In this document: in pieces, positions 51,522 through 64,000 of the stretch | Position numbering within the stretch: the first letter of the stretch is position 1 | Layout: each line of letters starts with the position of its first letter | Source: Heptranchias perlo | Lineage: Eukaryota | Reading direction: 5' to 3' | Length of the DNA stretch: 64,000 bases | Assembly: GCF_035084215.1 (NCBI RefSeq) | Contig: NC_090339.1 | Span: 34,286,001-34,350,000 of the forward strand | The notes under the pieces: generated by a model | Told to the model about the DNA's origin: nothing | Seen by the model: only the letters and a program-made list of their open reading frames with translations | Database searches by the model: none | Made by a program: the position numbers and the translations under genes

Positions 51522-53275
51522 GTAGGACAATAACATTTTAGCAAATAAACTACTTCACTAATGTTCATAGAAAATCAACTAGCATAAGGACTGTTTCTGG
51601 TCAAATGGCATTAGTGGAATTTATTGGCGCTTTTGAGCAGATTGCACTTGGAAACTGCGCACAAAGAATAGTTTTACACTGAGAGAAAGAGGGCATACTA
51701 TAGTCACACAGCTATTGTGTAACCACCAGGTCCCAGACAGTATATCACCCTTGCCTCTCTTAACTTGTGACCTCAGATCTGAGGGCTGCAGGCTCAGGCA
51801 CACATGACTGATTGCCCACTGTCAGATGTGGCTTGACCACCACAAGCAGTATCACCTCCATTTCTTTGTGGCCAAAACATACAAATACTCCAGGACAATA
51901 CTGAAAGGCAAGGACAATTCTTAACTCCTTATTTACACCACAAACCACCTCTCCTGATGTCTCTGCCTGCTCTGGCACCACTTTCTTTTCCACCGCCCCG
52001 CTCCCCGCCCCATCCCAACCTCCACTATGCAACACTCCGTCGTTTCTCCCCCTTAGTCCTTGTTACAGGTTAGGCCTTTTCCCAATATCTTTTCTCAAGC
52101 TTACGATTTGACAACAGTTTCCATGACCAGACTGAGTTCCTTATAAATTCTGCTTTATGTGGATTAGCATATCCCAGGTCTAATGATTAAGCCGAATTGC
52201 AGTAAATCACTTACTAGCAAGTAATTAAGATGCTCACCATGTTTTCCTATCACCTCAGAAGGCAGAAAATATTACACTACTGGACCAATATGTATAGGCC
52301 AAAAGTATTGTCCAGATTTTATTTACAAATAATAGTAAAAGAAGCAGAAAGGTTGGCAAGATGCTAGTGAGCACAATAGAACAACGCTTACATTGTAGGG
52401 TTGAATTATTAATATTTACTTTCAGAATGGGAAAAGAAATCTGGGATTAGGCTGACTCTTGTTTATTTGGACTGACATGCCTCACCCCTGACTGACGCAT
52501 CCTTGTAGCACCGTAACACAGTTCACGCTGAAAAAATCTTTGTTACGTTCCAAGATCCATGTCTTCATGTGGTATTGGGAGCACAGATGATCCTGCCAAT
52601 ATTAGGATTAATATTTCCATTTGTATCTAATGAAGTAAGCTAGTAGAAGACAACTAGCTCCATATTAGTGTGATGAAAAGAAGCTGTCACTGAATTTTTT
52701 TAGGATACAGCTTTGGCTCCTTTACTCAGTGCACTTAATGAAACATAGACACTGAACACATGTTCAGTAACACAATAACACCACTTTAATTAATTTTCTT
52801 GGACAGCACCAGTACGAACGCTTTGAGGTGCAAAGTGTTGTGTTCATTTGTATTAACTTGATCCACACGAATACTGCTGATAACAAAAAGTTCAGAGGTG
52901 TTGTTATATCGTCAATGCAATGTAGTGGGTGTTCAGCGTTGTAGCAGATCCATGACACATATCCATGCTTTAACACTAGCACTGAGAGGACCCATGGATC
53001 AGGTGTCCCTACTCTAGCACTGGCTCAATGGTTGCTATGAAATAAAGACACAGATTTAACCACAAAGACTAGCATGTTCAGTTTACTGTTGTGTTACTCA
53101 TTCGATTGTTTTTTCCTGTGTGTGTTTAGAGGGGAGTCAGGATAACTTGGTGTTGTAAAATTGTTTACAATTGTTTAGAGGGGAAAATTATAAATGTGTT
53201 GCTGACCCTGGTGTTTGGAGGAACATTTATTTTGCAGATTCTGATGTTTGGGAATGAATATGGTTTATTTTGCAG

Positions 53276-53376
53276 TTACTGCTTACATTTGGAAGCCATG
53301 ATCCTTAAGGATGAATTTAAGCCACAAATAAAATCGCTTCTGACATCTGTTTGTACATTGATAGAGGCTGCACATG
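53276..53376 (+). CDS. FHDC1: FHDC1-like formin coding exon 5 (101 nt)
   Basis: tttattttgcag|YCLHLEAMILKDEFKPQIKSLLTSVCTLIEAAH(E)|gtaaga; phase 2 to 1. Confidence 0.9.
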
Positions 53377-55163
53377 GTAAGATCCTGAAACGGAGTTAGG
53401 GTGTGCATTTCTATGAATGTGAATGTGAACACACATGCAGCTACATTAACATCCCTGTACATTATTGCTAAAATTGTTTGCTAAGTTCAATACTATTTAA
53501 ACCCTTCATTAACTCTTTGTGGATTGTATTATCTTGCATGCACAGAGTTGAAGTTAAACATTGAACTAAGTGACTCTACAGATGTCTAACTGGGGGAGAC
53601 AACTGCCTACCCTTCAGAGAGGGAGTAAACACAAACTAAAAGTAAAGCAAGCAAAATTCACAAATATCTACCAAATTTTATATCTCAGATTCCACTTTCT
53701 AGATTTGTTATTTTTCTTGACATGCTATTTCCATGGTCCCAGGAATTCAGGAGCTATCATGTTCCATATGGCATTCAATCATATCTACCTGTACATAACA
53801 TTAAATTCTTTGACTATCCAGCATTAACTAATTCTCTGGGAATCTATTCCACATAATCACAACTCTACAGGGAAAAAAATTCTTCCAACCTGAAGTTTTG
53901 CTTGAGGCTTGTTAATTTTACACACATACTCTGTAGTTCTGCTATACTTCACTTCAAATAATATGTTTGCATTTTTACAATCCATTTCTTTCATTTAAAA
54001 AATCTGGATCAGACTATAATCTGGATCCTGCGAGTCACTCTTCACAACTTCATGCACTAGATCCCAAAATCTCAAATTGCTCATCTGTGCTGTGGAACCT
54101 CTGATTTTTTTTCCAATGAACTATTGATTCCCAGAGCTTTATAATTTCTCCTATTCTGTTCCTTTCCTCATTTCACTTGTTATGGGACTCCATTCCTTTT
54201 CTGATGATTCCATTTTACAGATTGTGTGCCTTCAGTGCCTAGAACCACTAATCCTCTTATAATACAATGGCTGAATCATCTGGATCTCCCCATGCCTTTT
54301 GATGGGGCAATGAAAATCTCATTTCTTTCCATTCTTCAAAGACAGTTTCTTCATGTCTCTCAAGTCAAACCAATAGCTACTACCTGTTACCTTTGCAGGC
54401 TCAAGTTCAGTCTTTCACCTATTGACATTCTTGGTCTCACTCTTTCCTTTGATCTCAAATGGGACTCCCATATTTCCTCTATGCTTAAAGTTGCCTCCTA
54501 CCAATTTTTTCATTGTGGCAAAAAATTTGAATGCCAAGAGTCGTATGTTTAAAAATTAGACAGTTAGGAACAAGAAGAGAAAGTAGATAAAAACATTTCA
54601 CCTGAAGGATAATATTCTTGTGAAACAAGTTACCAGGGAATACCATTGAAGCAGACAGTATAAATGGGTTCAAGAGACAATTGCATTTGTTTCTGAAGAA
54701 GAAATAGTGATATTGATGAAGAAGAGATAGAGATATTGAGAAAGTATGCAGGTAGGATAAAGATCTATTAAAAAGGGGTAGAATTATTGGGCTCAGTGGC
54801 CTTGTCCTGTTTTTGAAAATTCTTATGATCCAATAATTCTTTAAAACTGCTTCTAGGTTTGCTTGGTTCCTAATCAAATTGAATCTCTTTCATCTGTCAC
54901 ATATTAGCTCATAAAAGTAAACATTTTGATTTTCGTAGAATCTCCTTGAGTACGTAAGCTGGAGTCAGAACCATTATGAAGAGCAAGGAATCTGTCCAGG
55001 CAAAAATTAATTTATTTAAGTCAGCAGAGCTAGCAAATGAATAAGCTGCTCAAAAACTGCATTCTTCATGGATGTGATGCAAGTCCAAGCTAAGATACTA
55101 ACTCATTTTGTAGGTGCTGAGAAACCTACCTGGTACAGTGAGAAGGGATACACTTTGAGAGAC

Positions 55164-55790
55164 ATAAATACTGTGGCTACAAGAGCAGGTCAGAGGCTGG
55201 GTATTCTGCAGCGAGTGACTCACCTTCTCACTCCCCAATGCCTTTCCACTATCTACAAGGCACAAGTCAGGAGTGTGAATGGAATACTCTCCACTTGCCT
55301 GGATGAGTGCAGCTCCAACAACACTCAAGAAGCTCGACACCATCCAGGACAAAGCAGCCCGCTTGATTGGCACCCCATCCACCACACTAAACATTCACTC
55401 CCTTCACCACCGGCGCACTGTGGCTGCAGTGTGTACCATCCACAGGATGCACTGCAGCAACTCGCCAACGCTTCTTCAACAGCACCTCCCAAACCCGCAA
55501 CCTCTACCACCTAGAAGGACAAGGGCAGCAGGCACATGGGAACAACACCACCTGCACGTTCCCCTCCAAGTCACACACCATCCCGACTTGGAAATATATC
55601 GCCGTTCCTTCATTGTCGCTGGGTCAAAATCCTGGAACTCCCTAACAGCACTGTGGGAGAACCTTCACCACACGGACTGCAGCGGTTCAAGGAGGTGGCT
55701 CACCACCACCTTCTCAAGGGCAATTAGGGATGGGCAATAAATGCTGGCCTCGCCAGCAACGCCCACATCCCATGAACGAATAAAAAAAAA
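55164..55790 (+). mobile_element. LINE family B 3' fragment with A tail
   Basis: YKAQVRSV, MEYSPLAWMSAAPTTLKKLDTIQ; same 3' UTR as 1682-2775, ending GAATAAAAAAAAA. Confidence 0.92.
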
Positions 55791-56148
55791 GTCAGTGTAG
55801 CGAGGAACTAGAGATCTTCTAGGCCCGACTGAGATTAGACAAAATAACTAGCTTTCCAGCCCCATCCTTCCAGTCTTCCTGTGAACTTGGAACAAATGTG
55901 GCCAGAAATTTGCTTTGGGACGTTCTCCACTGCATCCTCACCATGCCCCACAGGACATGCCCCTCAATCAGAAGTCTATGCCAATGTATCTAAAGCGTAA
56001 ACAGGATATCTGGAATAATATCTAATATCTTAACTTTTTGTTTACATACAACAGTGTATATTTGTGCTGTCTGTGCATGTAGCTATTGCAGTCTATACGT
56101 GTGAGAGAGACAATTATGAATGTGCATAATGCTTTTGCCGCCTTGCAG

Positions 56149-56219
56149 AACTACGGAACTGTGATGAGTTGCATACTATCTTGAGGTTGGTGTTGAAAGC
56201 TGGAAACCACATGAATGCA
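56149..56219 (+). CDS. FHDC1: FHDC1-like formin coding exon 6 (71 nt)
   Basis: ccgccttgcag|(E)LRNCDELHTILRLVLKAGNHMNA|gtaagt; FH2 GNxMN motif; phase 1 to 0. Missed by the ORF track. Confidence 0.93.
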
Positions 56220-57029
56220 GTAAGTATTTTGGACTGAGTAAATCTACTAGCACAGAATTCATGATCATTTTTTGCTTTAATTTGCTCACTGCCATAAATG
56301 CCATATTATGTCATTCCTACACCAGTCCCATGATGATATCAGGTGGTGCAGTACAGTTTTGAAGGACTACAATGATTTTTTTTATAGCAGGTCTGTTCTG
56401 TTAACAGGCCAGTGCCATTGTATAAGATAATTTCAAGGCAGATTCAGTTGCTGGAACAGACAAGAACAACCTGTACTAAATCTCCATTGCTGTGTGCTTC
56501 ACTGAAAAGTGTGACTGAAACAGACACTCCATCTACTTGTTTTTAATTCAAAAATTAACTCGAAGTGCCAATACCCTTGGTGCAGGACACCACAAAGATT
56601 GAAACAATCATAGTGTGGGAAATCAAGCAGACATTATAGCTGAAAATTACTGTGGAGTAAATTGTACGTTATTAAATAATTTGGGGTGTAATAAGGCCAC
56701 CTGTTTACTCACAATTTTGCTGTTTTCAGTCTGTGTAAAATTGTGACTGTGTCTGCCACACTAGACAGCCAATGAAAAGTGCTCTTAATCTGCTGTGAAT
56801 TGCAATTAGGAAGCAGGTAAGCACCTTAAATGGCACTGGGAAAGGCAGGTGATTACTCAGCAAAATTGCTGTCGATTGGGTATTACAGAATGAAGAAAAC
56901 CAAGTTTACAGACAGGAGCTGCAAGTCTACAGTAAGGAGTCAGAAAGAGGAGGTACACAATTTATTGAACTGATGCTCACCTCTCCCCCACCCAAAAATG
57001 TTTGGCACCAAATATGGGAGGAGATGAGT

Positions 57030-59140
57030 GAAAGAAGGTTATATATATGACGAATGTAAGGTTCATAATATAGTAGGGAACCAGGCTGAATATAGAAAGT
57101 ACAGAGGAGATCTAAAAAAGGGAATACGAGGGGCGAAGAGAGTACGAGAGTAGATTAGCGGCTAACGTAAGAGGGAACCCAAAATTCTTTTATAAACAAA
57201 TAAGTAGTAAAAGGGTAGTCAAAGGAAGCGTGGGACCAAATAGGGACAAAAAAAGAGATCTTCTTGTGGAGGCAGAAGGCATAGCTGAAGCACTAAATGA
57301 ATACTTCACATCAGTCTTCACTAGAGAAGAGGATGCTGCCATTGTAGCAGTAAATGAGGAGATAGTAGCGATATTGGATAGGATAAAAATAGATAAAGAG
57401 GAGGTACTTAAAATATTGGCAGTACTCAAAGTCAAGTCACCCAGTCCAGATGGGATGCATCCTAGGTTACTGAAGGAAGTAAGGGTGGAAATTGCAGAGG
57501 CTCTGGCCACAATCTTCCAGTCCTCCTTAGATATAGGCATGGTGCCAGAGGACTGGAGGATTGCAAATGTTACACTCCTGTTCAAAAAAGGGGAGAGGGA
57601 TAAACCCAGCAATTACAGGCCAGTCAGCCTAACATCGGTGGTGGGGAAACTTTTAGAGACAATAATCTACAACAAAATTAATTGGCACTTGGAAAAGTAT
57701 GGGCTAATAAATGAAAGTCAGCATGGCTAATTGTGTTTGAATAACATGAATGGGTTCTTTGATGAAGTAACGGAGAGGGCTGATGAGGTTAGTGCGGTTG
57801 ATGTGTATGTGGTCTTTCAAAAGGCATTTGATCACTACCACATAATAGACTTGTTAGCAAAATTAAAGCCTGTGAGATTAAAGGGACAGTGGCAGCGTGG
57901 ATACAAAATTGGCAAGGGGACAGAAACGGTTGTTCTTCAGACTGGAGGGAAGTATCAGTCCCCAGGGGTCAGTGTTATGATCACTACTCTTTTTGATATA
58001 TATTAATGACCTGTACTTGGGTGTAGAGGGTATAATTTCAAAGTTTGCGGATGACATGAAACTCAGCAATGTGGAGGATAGTAACAGACTTCAGGAGGAC
58101 ATAGACAGACTGGTGAAATGGGCAGACACATGGCAGATGAAATTTAACGCTGAGAAGTGAGAAGTAATGCATTTTGGTAGGAAGAATGAGGAGAGGCAAT
58201 ATAAACTAAATGGTATAATTTTAAAGGGGGTGCAGGAATAGAGGGACCGGGGCTGCACATACACAAATCTTTGAAGGTGGCAGGACAAGTTGAGAAGACT
58301 GTTAAAAAAGCATATGGGATCCTGGGCTTTATTAATAGAGGCATACGTTATAAACTGGGTAGCCCAGTGGTGAAGGATAGAATACTAGAGCCTGGTCTTC
58401 AGTTGCTTCCAAGCCTTTATTCACAGAGCTCCACATTACATGCACGACACCCTAGATAAGCTCTCTTATATATAGATACGAGAGCCCCAATTGATATACA
58501 CCACCTGAATACAATTAACACTAATTGATATAAATCACATGGATACAATTAACACCATAGAGTACAAAAGCAAGGAAGTTATGCTAAACCTCAGCTGGAA
58601 TATTGTGTTCAATTCTGGACACGACACATTAGGAAAGATGTCAAGGCCATAGAGAGGGTGCAGAAGAGATTTACTAGAATGTTGCCGGGGATGAGGGACT
58701 TCAGTTATGCGGAGAGACTGGAGAAGCTGGGGTTGTTCTCCTTACCAAAGACAAGGTTAAGGGGAGATTTGATAGAGGTGTTTAAAATCATGAACGGTTT
58801 TGACAAAGTAAATAAGGAGAAACTGTTTCCAGTGGCAGAAGGGTCGGTAACCAGAGGACACAGATTTAAGGTGATCATCAAAAGAGCCAGAGGTGACATG
58901 AGGAAACATTTTTTTACACAGCGAGTTGTAATGGTCTGGAATGTGCTGCCTGAAAGGGTGGTAGAAGCAGATTCAATAGTAACTTTCAAAAGGGAATTGG
59001 ATAAATATTTGAAGGGAAAAAATTTACAGAGCTATGGCGAAAGAGCAGGGGAATGGGACTAAATGGATAGGTCTTTCAAAGATCTGGCACAGCACAATGG
59101 ACTGAATGGCCTCCTCCTATGCTGTACCTACTAAGATATT
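57030..59140 (+). mobile_element. CR1 LINE, RT region plus 3' UTR, decayed, containing a solo LTR
   Basis: KSPSPDGMHPRLL, NYRPVSLTSVVGK, FQKAFD, KFADD, TRGHRFKV; tail GACTGAATGGCCTCCT. Confidence 0.92.
58346..58554 (-). mobile_element. 209-bp solo LTR inserted in the CR1
   Basis: Interrupts CR1 GAGGCATAGAGTACAAAAGC; ends CGTTA..TAACA (TG..CA with one change); flanks GCATA/CCATA; TATA-like stretch near 58467 then AATAAA (58416-21) on the - strand. Confidence 0.75.
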
Positions 59141-59149
59141 ATGATACTA

Positions 59150-60568
59150 GTCCTAGATATGGCTGATCACATGCAAGTTTAGTCTTCAAGGTCAACATAG
59201 TCTGCTGCATGTTCCACAACTTTGCCATCAAAAGGGGATAAGCATATATCAGATGGAGGAGGTTCCCACCTGCAGTCATGGACAGAACAAAACAAAGATG
59301 AGAAGCCAAAAGAGATTCTGCATCTTTTCAGGCAGCAAGAGCCATATGACAGTGCCTCATTACTAAGCCCTTCACTTCAGTGCCCACCCAATGCATGAAC
59401 AGTCCTCTCCATGTGTACACAATGCAGTGGCCAAATGCACACTCTGCACTGACTCTGCTACCATGCATTCCATTTCTTTGATCTGCTATTACCTTATTCT
59501 ATACCATCCCAAGAAAACTCTCTTGACACAACTGAAATAAAATGCAACCAAAATTAATATCCTATAAATGATTTTGTATGTGCTTGGTTTGCTGCCACAG
59601 TGCTTCCCGTTGGTGACCGTGTATGTTTTGGGTGATCCTTCTAGATGTTCCTCCACTGGCAGGGGAAGTGTGGTGGCTGGCTGCTGTTTGCCACCAGGAA
59701 CCTCTCGGGATTGAGGTGACATGCCGCCTCTTTGTGTTGGGTCATGAAATGACCTGCAACTAGTTCTGCCACATCCGTGACAGACTGTTTCCGCTAGCTT
59801 TCTAGCATATTTACTGTCATTTGAGGGGAAATTGCTGGATGAGCACTGGATGTGCCACCACTGCGTGAAGCACCAGCCTCATTCTTAACTACTTCAGCTA
59901 TGTCCTTGCTGCTAAGCACTGCCGTGGTATATCAATTGACATTTGTGGGAGGAGATTACTAAGCAAGAATGAGGGCAATGAAGCCTGCATAATGGCTTTC
60001 TCCATCTGTTCACCCAATATGTGGAAACCAGACAAGAGAGCCTTTTGGATATTGGAACACAAGGCCTCTATAGTATTTGAGCTTTCATGAGCTACTCTCA
60101 TGAGCTTAACACCACCGTCACTGGGGCCCCACTGCAAATGATCCTGGAGTTGCCATGCACTGTTCAGTAGTTCTGTTAAACAGTTATGCACGAGTGCACA
60201 AACGCGGGCAGTGCATTTTTTCACGGTAACCATCAGACTATAGAAAACATTGGTGCTCAGATAGCATCCTTCTTTTAGATGCAACTTCCATGAGGTCTAG
60301 GATCCTTGAGTGGGGGGAGAAAGAATAACAAGAAAAAGATGGAAATAGCCCTGAACTTCAGCTTCAGCTTCACCATGACACATTCCTTCTATGTTCTCAA
60401 ACATTACCATGTCCAGCTTATATTGATTGTCCAGGCACACGAGGAAAAATGGGATGCTCACTTGGATGGGCTGCCTGTGGAGGCACAACAGGCGCGGCAG
60501 CTCGCTTAAATTGTTGAAAATTAAGCCCCAGTTAGGACGAAAGTGGGCCCAGACGAATTTCTACCCCT
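59150..60568. mobile_element. Decayed Harbinger relic (nuclease C-terminus on +, TIR-like right end)
   Basis: IVCCMFHNFAIKRG near 59197-59240; right end GACGAATTTCTACCCC; a Myb-like start at ~56890-57030 lies on the other side of the CR1. Confidence 0.5.
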
Positions 60569-60820
60569 GTCTTCGAACAACTGAAAGAAACAAGACTTAA
60601 TGATTCAACCATTGCACTGCAAGAGCAATGAAAGTTGTATGCATTGAAAGTGTCAAGAAGAAAATTAATGAATATAGAGCAAAATCATCAACGAAGGAGT
60701 ACATATGGCTGGTTGATGAATGGAGATCATTGATATGAGGATGGAACAGAGTGGGAAAGTTGCACCAAATTTTAACACAAGATGTTTTTTGTATTTTTAT
60801 TTTGTACCTCCAGATACAGT

Positions 60821-61001
60821 GGGGTTGATCTTGACTTTGAGCATGGGTGATAAATTAATGGTTGTGGATCGGCCGCATGTAATACGCCCCGTCCGATTTT
60901 TAGTTGCATTGAAGTCAATGGAAAGTAAAATCAGGAGGGTCGTATAACAGAGGCCAATCCGCAACCAACGGTTTACTGCCCGTACTGAAAGTGAAAATTA
61001 C
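60821..61001. mobile_element. Fold-back MITE with central CATTGAAGTCAATG palindrome
   Basis: Imperfect mirror arms about 60907-60920; related pieces at ~4510-4605, 29581-29678 and 47220-47360. Confidence 0.6.
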
Positions 61002-61224
61002 GTAGAGTCAGTAATGCACTGAGGTTTTGCTGCTCATCATTTTTTTGGACCCTACTTTGTTAATAAATATCATTCCAAGATATGTTACCATAATAATATC
61101 CTCTTTTGAAGTAAAGATAGCAAAGTTATGTGTGAAAGATCTAATTGCAACTATTACAATTACACAAGCATGTAACACATCTTTGGACAACCAAATTTAT
61201 CTTGTGCTCTTATTTCATTTGCAG

Positions 61225-61332
61225 GGAGGACATTCAGGAAATGCTGCAGGATTTCGCATTGCATCACTTTTAAAGCTCGCTGACACAAAAGCAAACAAAC
61301 CTGGCATGAACCTGATGCATTTTGTGGTCATG
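61225..61332 (+). CDS. FHDC1: FHDC1-like formin coding exon 7 (108 nt)
   Basis: tatttcatttgcag|[36 protein letters not shown]|gtgagt; includes the conserved FH2 Lys; phase 0 to 0. Confidence 0.95.
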
Positions 61333-61566
61333 GTGAGTATTTTGAACACAAACCAAAGCACTGCCATGAGATCTGTCTCTGGGCCCTATTTTTGGAATGT
61401 TGGTCATTTTGCTGTTGACTTATATGCAGAAACACTTTAGGCGATAACATATGTTCTGGTTTTAACATCAGGAAAGAAAATAACACTTTGGGCAGTAAAA
61501 TTCATTGTGAAAGGTTTACTGCATTTTGTAGTATGGATTTAACACAGTGGCAAATGCTTTATGACT

Positions 61567-62016
61567 GTATCAGCTGTGGCTCAGTGGTAGCACTCTTGTC
61601 TCTGTCAGAAGGTTGTGGGTTCAAGACTCACTCTTGAGTTCATAATCTAGGCTGACACTTTAGTTCAGTACTGAGGGTGCTGCACAGTCAGAGGTGCTGT
61701 CTTTCAGATGAGATGTTATACTGAGGCCCTGTCTGCTCTCTCAGGGAGATGTAAAAAATCTCAAGGCACTATTTGAAGAAGAGCAGGGGAGTTCTCATGG
61801 TGTCCTGTCCAACATTTATCCCTCAACCAACATCTAAAACAGATGATGTAGTCATTTATTTCATTGCTGTTTGTGGGAGCCATCTGTGCGCAAATTGCCT
61901 GCCACGTTTCCTACATTACAACAATGACTACACCAAAAATACTTCATTGGTTGTAAAGCACTCTGGGGCATCGTGCAGTTGTGAAAGGCGCTTTATAAAT
62001 GCAAGTCTTTCTTTCT
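61567..62016 (+). mobile_element. Full-length tRNA-derived Deu-type SINE (SacSINE1-like)
   Basis: A box TGGCTCAGTGG (61577-87), B box GGTTCAAGAC (61618-27), conserved central body, tail ATAAATGCAAGTCTTTCTTTCT. Confidence 0.82.
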
Positions 62017-63023
62017 AATAGAGTACAAACGTCAATTATTAGGGAGTATATCATATTAAGTCTGCCATTTTCTAGCTAGATGAGACTTATAAGTATAAGT
62101 CATGAGTTGGTTAATATGTTTACATTACGCTGGTGGATCTCCTGTGGCATTGCAGATGGTAAGTTGATGTCTCTCTTATCTGTCTCTCATCTTCATGTTG
62201 GTATTTCCATCTGTCTCCTTTCCTCTTCCGCAATTGTATCTTTCTGTTCTGTTTCTCTGTCTATATCTTTTTTTTGCTTGTTCCTCTCTCCTCTTCTGCT
62301 CTGTGTCTGTCTCTTTCTTTTGATTGGGAGATCTTGTATAGTGGGAAGGGTGTCTCTGATGGCTGGAAGTTACATTTTGAAGTGGTGGGTTTGGGGAAAA
62401 TGCAGCCTGCATTGCTCAACGGCTCTCTTCCCATCACCACACCCTGTGTCATTTGCTTTCCCTCCAGCTCCTAACTCCTATTGGATCCCCTACTCCTTTG
62501 GCTTCCCTCCCCTCCTGTACATACTGCTCTACTCCTTATTTTCCCTTGCCCCCTTCCCACCAAATATCCGCTCATATCTATCCAATTCCTTTTGCTCCAA
62601 GTTCATTAACCCTGGTTGCCTCACCTCCTATCTCCCGTTGTGCAGAATGATTCCCCTCACCCTCACTTCTGTGACTCCCCCATCCAGAACTGTAAGAAAG
62701 CACGTGAACATGAAAACTCACCGTGCTACAAGTTTCTAATCTGTGTGAAATTATGTAAATACATTAGTTAATTGATGAGGTTATATTGGGACATCCCTAT
62801 TATATTTATTTATGATTAAAACTGACAGAAAAGATATCAGTGACCAAAATCAGCAGTTGATGCTGCTAAGGTGCTATCTTCCTTACGCTGAAGAAACGTG
62901 CCCCAAGGTTTCACCTCTGATATTGCAGAATGTTTTCGATCACAAACAATTTTCACATTTCAGGTCAATGGACCATTTTCTGCCAACCTTTATAGTTCTG
63001 GGCACTTTGTAATTTTTTCATGA

Positions 63024-63234
63024 TTTTTTTGTTATTCGTTCATGGGATGTGGACGTCGCTGACGAGGCCGGCATTTATTGCCCATCCCTAATTGCCCTTG
63101 AGAAGGTGATGGTGAGCCGCCTTCTTGAACCGCTGCAGTCCGTGTGGTGAAGGTTCTCCCACGGTGCTGTTAGGTAGGGAGTTCCAGGATTTTGACCCAG
63201 CGACGATGAAGGAACCGCAATATATTTCCAAGTC
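63024..63234 (-). mobile_element. LINE family B 3' terminal fragment
   Basis: Matches 1682-1890 (WKYIAVPSSSLGQN..FSRAIRDGQ plus 3' UTR and T-rich tail). Confidence 0.9.
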
Positions 63235-64000
63235 TTTTGGCAGCCCTTAGCTATAGGTGAAGTTGTTGTTCCTAAAATAATATCCTTCAATTTTATGCAT
63301 TCTTTTGTCAGTAGAAAAATTTTGACCTCTGGGAAGCATTGTTTTCTAAGTGGCTACTTTCCTCCCTTTGCTGTTACTAGTCATTTTGTTTGCTTTGTTT
63401 AAATTCTGCATGTTGGAGCATACATTTGATTAACTCTAACTAACATCTGATTTGATGGTTTTACTTATCTCAGTGATAAGTTAAGACATGAACCTGAAAA
63501 TGGAACGTTAACAGCTCCGTAGTAATTGTATGTGATTATCATGGTTACCTCCTATCAAAAGTATTTTGATAGGTGGTAACCTATACATTCCACAGATGAG
63601 ACCTTTTCAGTGTCTTCGAGAGCAGGTATTTAAGGGAGGAGACAACAAATTATAATACAAATTTGGCTTTTTTTCTGCCCTTCATACTCTCCTGGACAGT
63701 GTTACCAGGCTTCACTTTCATTGCATCTCATCTTTAGTGGTCACTGCAACTTTCTTCCTCACTTCAGTTGTCACTGCAGTCTTTCCTCTTCACTTCCCCA
63801 TACTATCATCCAAATTTTGGCTGTGACGGAGTCAGCTCTGGGCCACGAAAAAACTCCTATGCATTTGTACATAGAATCTTTCCTTTGTGTTGAGATGCAC
63901 AACTTATCAGTCATTTTACAGGACAATAATCCAAGTGATACACAGTTAACAGCTACTAGACTCTGCAGGACACTGAATTTAAAAAGAAAATTTGAAACTT

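Larger units (their letters stand above)
26184..61332 (+). other. FHDC1: FHDC1/INF1-like formin gene, 5' part (7 coding exons in window; continues beyond window end)
   Basis: Exons of 438, 62, 103, 86, 101, 71 and 108 nt join in frame (969 nt) to give FH1 poly-Pro followed by FH2 motifs characteristic of FHDC1. Orthologue versus paralogue not resolved. Confidence 0.88.

Overview
Eukaryotic, repeat-rich vertebrate genomic DNA; the repeat families (Deu-type tRNA SINEs, CR1 LINEs, Penelope pseudo-LTRs, two-gene Harbinger transposons) suggest a cartilaginous fish (inference). The only host gene I can support is the 5' part of an FHDC1/INF1-like formin on the + strand: seven coding exons (26184-61332, 323 codons, all GT-AG and phase-compatible) encoding a poly-proline FH1 and the first part of FH2. 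The gene runs off the right edge, and a probable CpG-island promoter/non-coding exon 1 lies at ~19.8-20.4 kb. Most other ORFs in the track are transposon debris or chance. That debris comprises about eight PIF/Harbinger elements (DDE nuclease plus a spliced Myb/SANT gene) of different ages with related MITEs, two LINE families, RTE-like relics, SINEs and a solo LTR. The most notable structures are an ~790-bp near-perfect palindromic Penelope derivative carrying a minimal hammerhead-ribozyme motif on each strand (48.2-49.0 kb), a second such palindrome interrupted by a Harbinger, and a highly similar inverted CR1 pair bracketing the 62-nt formin exon. Family assignments come from motif recognition only; no searches were run.
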